Assembly (NCBI GenBank): GCA_963735805.1
Contig: CAVTMK010000004.1
Span: 416,001-480,000, forward strand
DNA length: 64,000 nucleotides
Source: an uncultured Verrucomicrobiae bacterium
Lineage (GTDB): Bacteria > Verrucomicrobiota > Verrucomicrobiia > Chthoniobacterales > UBA10450
Direction of reading: 5' to 3'
Shown one piece after another: positions 58,462 through 64,000 of this stretch. The position numbers and the translations under genes are program-made. How positions within the stretch are numbered: the first letter of the stretch is position 1; each line of letters begins with the position of its first letter. The notes beneath the pieces are model-generated. The model worked only from the letters and a program-made list of their open reading frames with translations, searched no databases and was not told the origin of the DNA.

Positions 58462-59673
58462 TTAGGTCGCTTCGTGAATTTCCACGCCACGGCTTTTCAA
58501 CAGGGCGCGCAGCTCAGCCAGGTGTTGATGATTGCGGGTTTCGACCGTGCAAAGAACGTTCACGGCTGAGACATCCGGGCTGGCGAACGCACGGTCGTGA
58601 ACGACTTGTTTAACACTTGCTCCAGTCGAAGCAATCTGCGCTGCCAGTTCAGCCAGGCCACCGGGTCGATCGCTAATCACGGCGGTGAATCGTCCCAGTC
58701 GTCCATCCGCAACGAGGCCGCTTTCAATTACCCGGCTTAGAACGTTCGGGTCGATGTTGCCGCCGCAGAGCAAAAGGACCACTCGCTTGCCGGCGAGGTC
58801 TTTTACCTTTCCGGACATGCATGCTGCCAGTGGTGTGGCCGCGGCTCCTTCCACGACACTTTTTTCTAATTCAACCAGGCGAAGAATCGCCAGAGCGATC
58901 TCTTGTTCAGTCACGGTGATGGTCAGATCGACGAGCGATCGCGCAATCTGAAACGCATTCCCGCCGACCTGTGGAATTGCGAGTCCATCTGCGAGCGTCG
59001 GATACATTTCAATCTTCGTCGGTTTGCCGGCTTCAAGCGCGGCTGAAAAGCTCGCCACGTTCTGGGCTTCGACGGCGATGATTTTCGCGTTCGGTCGCAG
59101 GGTCTTTACGGCAAGTGAAACGCCGGCGAGCAAACCCGCGCCGCCTACAGGAACAACTACCGCCTGAAGATCGGGAATTTGTTCGACGATCTCGAGACCC
59201 ATCGTTCCCTGGCCCGCAATGATCGCCGGATCATCGTAGCCGTCGATGTAGGCCAGGCCTCGTTCCTTCGCGATCCTGTGCGCATACGTCTTTGCTTCGC
59301 CGAAATCCTTTCCGTGCAAAACGACCGTAGCGCCGAGGTTCTGGCAGTTACTTACTTTAATGAGGGGCGAAAATTGCGGCATCACGACCGTTGCCGGTAT
59401 GCCAAGTAACCTGCCCTGATAGGCGAGCGCTTGGGCATGGTTGCCGGCAGAAGCGGCGATGACCCCGCGCTTCTGCTGGTCGGACGGCAGTTGCGCGAGG
59501 GCATTGCGCGCACCGCGTTCCTTAAAGCTTCCGGTGCGCTGCAAGTTGTCCAGCTTGCAGAAGATTTCCATGCCCGTGATTTCACTGAGCGGGATGGAGG
59601 GTGGACAAGGCGAATAATAAACTGCGCCCTTTATACGTTTGCGCGCCGCTTCGATGTCCTGAAATGTGACCAA
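58462..59673 (-). CDS. ilvA: Threonine/serine ammonia-lyase with C-terminal ACT domain (TdcB-like medium form)
   Basis: QRTGSFKERGA (PLP Lys), AASAGNHAQ, PVGGAGL, TLADG, CGGNID, DRPGGL. TTG start 4 nt after the ppdK stop. Confidence 0.9.
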   Translation of the reverse strand: MVTFQDIEAARKRIKGAVYYSPCPPSIPLSEITGMEIFCKLDNLQRTGSFKERGARNALAQLPSDQQKRGVIAASAGNHAQALAYQGRLLGIPATVVMPQFSPLIKVSNCQNLGATVVLHGKDFGEAKTYAHRIAKERGLAYIDGYDDPAIIAGQGTMGLEIVEQIPDLQAVVVPVGGAGLLAGVSLAVKTLRPNAKIIAVEAQNVASFSAALEAGKPTKIEMYPTLADGLAIPQVGGNAFQIARSLVDLTITVTEQEIALAILRLVELEKSVVEGAAATPLAACMSGKVKDLAGKRVVLLLCGGNIDPNVLSRVIESGLVADGRLGRFTAVISDRPGGLAELAAQIASTGASVKQVVHDRAFASPDVSAVNVLCTVETRNHQHLAELRALLKSRGVEIHEAT

Positions 59674-59677
59674 GCCT

Positions 59678-62482
59678 TTAAGTCTCGAGTGCTGCTTGTG
59701 CTGCTGCCAATCGGGCAATCGGAATGCGGAACGGGCTGCAACTGACGTAATCCAGGCCCAGCCGGTGACAAAACTTGACGCTCGCGGGCTCGCCACCGTG
59801 TTCGCCGCAAATTCCCAGTTTGATATTTGGCCTCGTCTTGCGTCCGAAGTCGCGAGTTATTTCCATCAGGCGACCCACGCCTTTCTGATCGATCGAGGCG
59901 AAAGGATTTGAATCGACGATATCAAGCTCGGCGTAAGCGGGGAGAAAGCTTCCTGAATCGTCCCGGCTCATTCCCAGCGTCGTTTGGGTAAGATCGTTTG
60001 TGCCGAAACTAAAAAACTCGGCATCTCGCGCGATCTGATCCGCAACAAGCGCGGCGCGTGGAATTTCAATCATTGTTCCGACAAGATAATTGAATTTTGT
60101 CCCCTTTTCCTTTGCCACCTCAACGGCAACGCGCCGGACGATGTCGATTTGGAGCTTTAGCTCGCGCGGGAATCCAACGAGCGGAATCATGATTTCGGGG
60201 CGGACCTTAATTCCCTTGGCCTGCACCTCGGCAGCGGCTTCAAAAATGGCGCGTGCCTGCATCTCGGAAATTTCCGGATAAACGATGCCCAGGCGGCAGC
60301 CTCGGTGACCGAGCATGGGATTAAACTCGTGCAGCTCATGCACGCGGCGCGCGATTTGTTCAACTTCGACGCCGAGCTTGTTTGCAAGTTCGTTTTGCTG
60401 CGTGTGATCAGCCGGCAAAAATTCGTGAAGGGGTGGATCGAGAAAGCGAATCGTGGCAGGCAGACCCTTTAACGCTGTGAAGATGCCAATGAAATCGTTG
60501 CGCTGATAAGGAAGCAGTTTTGCCAGAGCACGCGCCCGCTCAGCCGTCGTTCCAGCGAGAATCATCTCTCGCATAGCATCAATCCGGTCGCCTTCAAAGA
60601 ACATATGCTCCGTGCGACAGAGCCCAATGCCTTCGGCACCGAATGCAACCGCGTTTGCCACCTGTTCCGGTGTATCCGCATTGGTGCGCACGCCGAGAAT
60701 GCGGAATTCATCGGTCCATTTCATCAGTTTTGCGTACTCCCGATAAGTGAGGCTCTTCTTCGGGTCCAGAGAGCGATCGATGAGTACCTGCACGATTTCC
60801 GACGGCGCAGTTGCGACTTCACCAGCAAACACTTCTCCGGCCGTTCCATCGATGGAGATGTAATCGCCGCGATTCAAGGTTGTGCCGTTGGCGCTGAGTG
60901 TGCGTTTCTGGTAATCGATTTGAATCCCAGTCGCGCCGCAGACACACACCTTTCCCATTTGCCGCGCAACGAGGGCCGCATGCGAAGAAACGCCGCCACG
61001 TGAAGTTAAGATGCCTTCCGCCGCGATCATGCCGCGAAGGTCCTCCGGTGATGTCTCAATGCGCGCCAGCACGACTTTCTCGCCCTTCTCTGAGCGCATC
61101 ACAGCTTCCTCCGCGTTAAAAACAACGTGGCCACAAGCAGCACCGGGTCCGGCGGCCAGACCGGTGCCGATCTTTTTCGCTTGTTTGGCGGATTGTCGAT
61201 CGAAAACCGGAGCCAGGAGATGAGCCAGCGAATCGGCCGGGATCCGGCGCACCGCATCTTTTTTCGTAATCAATTTTTCGCCGACCATATCGACCGCAAT
61301 ACGGACGGCAGCATGGCCGGTGCGTTTACCGTTGCGAGTTTGCAAAATGTAAAGGCGATTTTCCTCCACAGTGAATTCCAGGTCCTGCATGTCCTTGAAG
61401 TGACGTTCCAGGATTGCGCGGACTTTCATCAATTCTTTGTGGGCCGCAGGCATTTCCCCGGCCAGATCGGCAATTGGATGAGGCGTGCGCACGCCCGCGA
61501 CCACGTCTTCGCCCTGGGCGTTGATCAGATATTCGCCGTAAAAAGCTTTTTCGCCGGTCGCCGGATCGCGTGTAAAGGCGACTCCGGTTGCGCTTGTTTC
61601 GCCCATGTTTCCGAAGACCATCGTCTGTACATTCACGGCTGTTCCCCAGTCGTGCGGGATACCGTATTTCCGGCGGTAAACCATCGCGCGATCGTTCATC
61701 CATGATCCAAAAACCGCCCCGATTGCGCCCCAAAGCTGCGCTTGCGGATCTTGCGGAAAAGATTTTCCAGTGCGTTCTTTGATTAATCCTTTGAACCGTT
61801 GCACCAACTCCTTGAGATCAGCGACCGTCAATCTGACATCCGGGAAGTCGTGCTTGCCGTAGCGTTCATCTTTTAGATGCTCGATCACGGCCTCGAACGG
61901 TTCGTGGTCTTCGCCTGGTCGCTTCTGAACTCCCATGACCACGTCTCCGTACATTTGCAGGAAACGTCGATACGAATCCCAGGCGAAACGCGCATTGTTC
62001 GTTTTTTTCGCGACGATCTCAACGACCTGGTCGTTCATCCCAAGGTTCAGGATGGTGTCCATCATTCCGGGCATGGAATCCCGAGCCCCCGATCTTACGG
62101 ACACGAGTAAAGGCCGTTCTTTATCGCCAAATTTCTTTCCCACCGAGTTTTCGACTTTTGCCAGAGCCGCCGCGACCTCCTCCTCCAATTCTCGCGGATA
62201 AGTCCGGTTATGAGTGTAAAAGTGAGTGCATACATCGGTGGTAATGGTGAATCCCGGCGGCACAGGGAGCCCGATTCGTGTCATTTCGTGGAGATTCGCG
62301 CCTTTGCCACCCAGCAGCGATTTCATGCCACCCGATCCGTCCGCGCGACCGTCGCCAAAATAATAAACATAGCGCGTTTTTCGCGCTTTTTTTACGTGAG
62401 CGTGCCGACTCGGCTGCAATTTCGGTCTTTTTGATGTGCGCCGAGGTGATTTTCGAACCGCAGGTTTACGTCTTTTGGCCAT
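59678..62482 (-). CDS. ppdK: Pyruvate, phosphate dikinase
   Basis: [67 protein letters not shown]. Confidence 0.98.
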   Translation of the reverse strand: MAKRRKPAVRKSPRRTSKRPKLQPSRHAHVKKARKTRYVYYFGDGRADGSGGMKSLLGGKGANLHEMTRIGLPVPPGFTITTDVCTHFYTHNRTYPRELEEEVAAALAKVENSVGKKFGDKERPLLVSVRSGARDSMPGMMDTILNLGMNDQVVEIVAKKTNNARFAWDSYRRFLQMYGDVVMGVQKRPGEDHEPFEAVIEHLKDERYGKHDFPDVRLTVADLKELVQRFKGLIKERTGKSFPQDPQAQLWGAIGAVFGSWMNDRAMVYRRKYGIPHDWGTAVNVQTMVFGNMGETSATGVAFTRDPATGEKAFYGEYLINAQGEDVVAGVRTPHPIADLAGEMPAAHKELMKVRAILERHFKDMQDLEFTVEENRLYILQTRNGKRTGHAAVRIAVDMVGEKLITKKDAVRRIPADSLAHLLAPVFDRQSAKQAKKIGTGLAAGPGAACGHVVFNAEEAVMRSEKGEKVVLARIETSPEDLRGMIAAEGILTSRGGVSSHAALVARQMGKVCVCGATGIQIDYQKRTLSANGTTLNRGDYISIDGTAGEVFAGEVATAPSEIVQVLIDRSLDPKKSLTYREYAKLMKWTDEFRILGVRTNADTPEQVANAVAFGAEGIGLCRTEHMFFEGDRIDAMREMILAGTTAERARALAKLLPYQRNDFIGIFTALKGLPATIRFLDPPLHEFLPADHTQQNELANKLGVEVEQIARRVHELHEFNPMLGHRGCRLGIVYPEISEMQARAIFEAAAEVQAKGIKVRPEIMIPLVGFPRELKLQIDIVRRVAVEVAKEKGTKFNYLVGTMIEIPRAALVADQIARDAEFFSFGTNDLTQTTLGMSRDDSGSFLPAYAELDIVDSNPFASIDQKGVGRLMEITRDFGRKTRPNIKLGICGEHGGEPASVKFCHRLGLDYVSCSPFRIPIARLAAAQAALET

Positions 62483-62521
62483 ACTTAATGAATGGAAAAA
62501 TCGACAAGGAACGGAAGGGCC

Positions 62522-62549
62522 AAAGTAGTTTCGGGCGTCGCTCTGTCAA
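62522..62549 (-). promoter_or_regulatory. Putative sigma70 promoter for ppdK
   Basis: Perfect TTGACA, 16-nt spacer, TACTTT, about 40 nt upstream of ATG. Confidence 0.5.
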
Positions 62550-62665
62550 CGATCCCGCGAGCAGATCAGATTGGACCCAAGCGCATGTTGCAAGGAGGCA
62601 AATGGTAGAGATCCAACGCTGTGCCGCCGGTCGTCACAGGAAGACGACCCTATCTTGGGCAGGGG

Positions 62666-62875
62666 TTAAGCTGGTGCACCTTCGTTGTTCGTCAGAACTT
62701 CAGCAATTGTGGCGGTAAAGTCATCGACGCCCGTACTCGGCACGATGATGCTGTTGCGGCGCCCATGAGCTTCTTCCGTGATGCGCAAGAATCTCCCGCG
62801 CTCGTTTTCTCGGAGCTCCACGTAGAAATGCTTACGCTCAATTTGCAGTTCTTTCGCCTCGATGATGTTATCCAT
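62666..62875 (-). CDS. Single PUR-repeat (Pur-alpha/DUF3276-like) ss-nucleic-acid-binding protein
   Basis: KELQIERKHFYVELRENERGRFLRITE..RNSIIVP matches the PUR repeat pattern; SD-like AGAGGA upstream. Confidence 0.82.
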   Translation of the reverse strand: MDNIIEAKELQIERKHFYVELRENERGRFLRITEEAHGRRNSIIVPSTGVDDFTATIAEVLTNNEGAPA

Positions 62876-63148
62876 TTTCCTCTGAAGCCGCCGACTCTAC
62901 CGCATTCATTTTGGTGAAGGGAAGAAAAATCGGCGGGATTTGTGCAAATTCTTTGGGCACGGGATGGCTCGCTCGTCCCGATGGTTGCCAATCGCCCGCG
63001 CGAGATTTCGAGCAGGCGAACAGATACTAAAACGCCATAGGTTGCGGCGCTGGCTGCTCAATCTACAATCTCGTGCGTCCAGCTACTTGAATCCGGCCGG
63101 TATCGAAGAGTACCTGCGTCGTCCTCCAGCAAGCATCTGGGCTCGAGC

Positions 63149-64000
63149 ATGTCGCCACCAGTCGATCCAAGTTCTTATCAACCGCCTGAGGGTGAACGTC
63201 CGGCGGTCCCCGCGCCAATCGAATTGGAGCGTCGAGCGCATGATCCCTATGCGGCCTTCCGCTCTGGGGACTTCAGTTTGTTTACGGCCGGCAATCTACT
63301 TTCGATCACCGGTCGTCTGATGCTGGCCGTGGCTGTTGAATGGGAGGTGTATGCTCGCACCCACTCGGCGACCGCGCTTGGTCTGGTTGGCCTGGTAATT
63401 GTAGTCCCGGTTGTGACGCTGTCCTTGCCCGCCGGCCATTTAGCGGACCGGTTCAGTCGAAAGCGCATCATTCTGGTCTCCCAAATTTTTAGTATGCTCA
63501 CGTCGGTGGCCTTGGCTCTGGTTTCATGGAACCATCTCACCATTCCGGCGATTGCGCCGCTACGAGCGAGTAATCGCGTGTTAACGGAGATCGCCGCGAT
63601 CTTTGAACGGCATCATCCAATTTTCCATTTCGACGATGTGTCGATTCCGTTGATCTATTTACTTCTTTTACTCGGAGCGATGGCGCGGACATTCAGTTGG
63701 GCGGCGCGCAGTTCATTTTTTCCTACGCTGATTTCTCGGGATGCCTTTGCAAACGCGGTCACCTGGAACAATAGCGTTTTTCAAATTGGATCCGTTGTGG
63801 GTCCTGCACTGAGCGGATTAATGATTGCGTACATCGGCTTCCCGTTTGTCTATCTCCTGGATGCGTTGTGCTCCCTTTCATTTTTTCTTCTCGTGCTTCC
63901 CATCCGGCGCAGCACGCAAAGGCGTGACCGCAGTGAGGCGAGCACCTGGAAAAGTCTCATAGCCGGACTCCGATTTGTATTTGGCAGAAAAGTGATCCTG
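63149..64000 (+). CDS. MFS transporter (EntS/H+ antiporter-like), 3'-truncated by window; absent from the ORF track
   Basis: Own translation: MSPPVDP..HDPYAAFRSGDFSLFTAGNLLS..AVEWEVYARTHSATALGLVG..AGHLADRFSRKRII (MFS motif A). Confidence 0.88.
   Translation, partial: MSPPVDPSSYQPPEGERPAVPAPIELERRAHDPYAAFRSGDFSLFTAGNLLSITGRLMLAVAVEWEVYARTHSATALGLVGLVIVVPVVTLSLPAGHLADRFSRKRIILVSQIFSMLTSVALALVSWNHLTIPAIAPLRASNRVLTEIAAIFERHHPIFHFDDVSIPLIYLLLLLGAMARTFSWAARSSFFPTLISRDAFANAVTWNNSVFQIGSVVGPALSGLMIAYIGFPFVYLLDALCSLSFFLLVLPIRRSTQRRDRSEASTWKSLIAGLRFVFGRKVIL

Noticed and set aside
59674..59796. N-terminal extension of the threonine dehydratase ORF
   Set aside because: Lies within the ppdK 3' end; homology begins at LVTFQDI (TTG 59673).
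62483..62665. Possible 6S or other structured RNA between the PUR gene and ppdK
   Set aside because: Only one short hairpin and a promoter-like element are visible; a covariance-model search would be needed.

Overview
Bacterial chromosomal window of roughly 54% GC (estimated by eye). Gene content and repeat style suggest a soil Verrucomicrobium (Chthoniobacterales/Spartobacteria-like); this is inference, not a database result. Housekeeping genes: pdhC 3' end, dgt, aroD, ribE, nhaA, gpmI, hemB, coaX, M29 aminopeptidase, rsmB, ugd, lptD, rsmI, gcvP, ilvA/tdcB, ppdK and a partial MFS gene. Main points of interest: (1) a membrane-arm-only complex I-like operon nuoH-J-K-L-M1-[ORF6N]-M2-N with two NuoM genes, a 26-residue duplication in the NuoL lateral helix and no adjacent nuoA-G or nuoI; (2) an ~18.5 kb envelope island with four TMTC-like GT-C/TPR proteins, two GT39-like proteins, a membrane spermidine-synthase-like protein and a TonB-dependent receptor behind a duplicated A-tract promoter; (3) an alkaline-phosphatase-fold protein lacking its nucleophile and most metal ligands; (4) several GTAG-type REP-like palindromes, some in-frame inside genes or supplying stop codons; (5) a baseplate-protein-like peptide inside GcvP. 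No rRNA, tRNA, CRISPR array, transposase or integrase was recognised.
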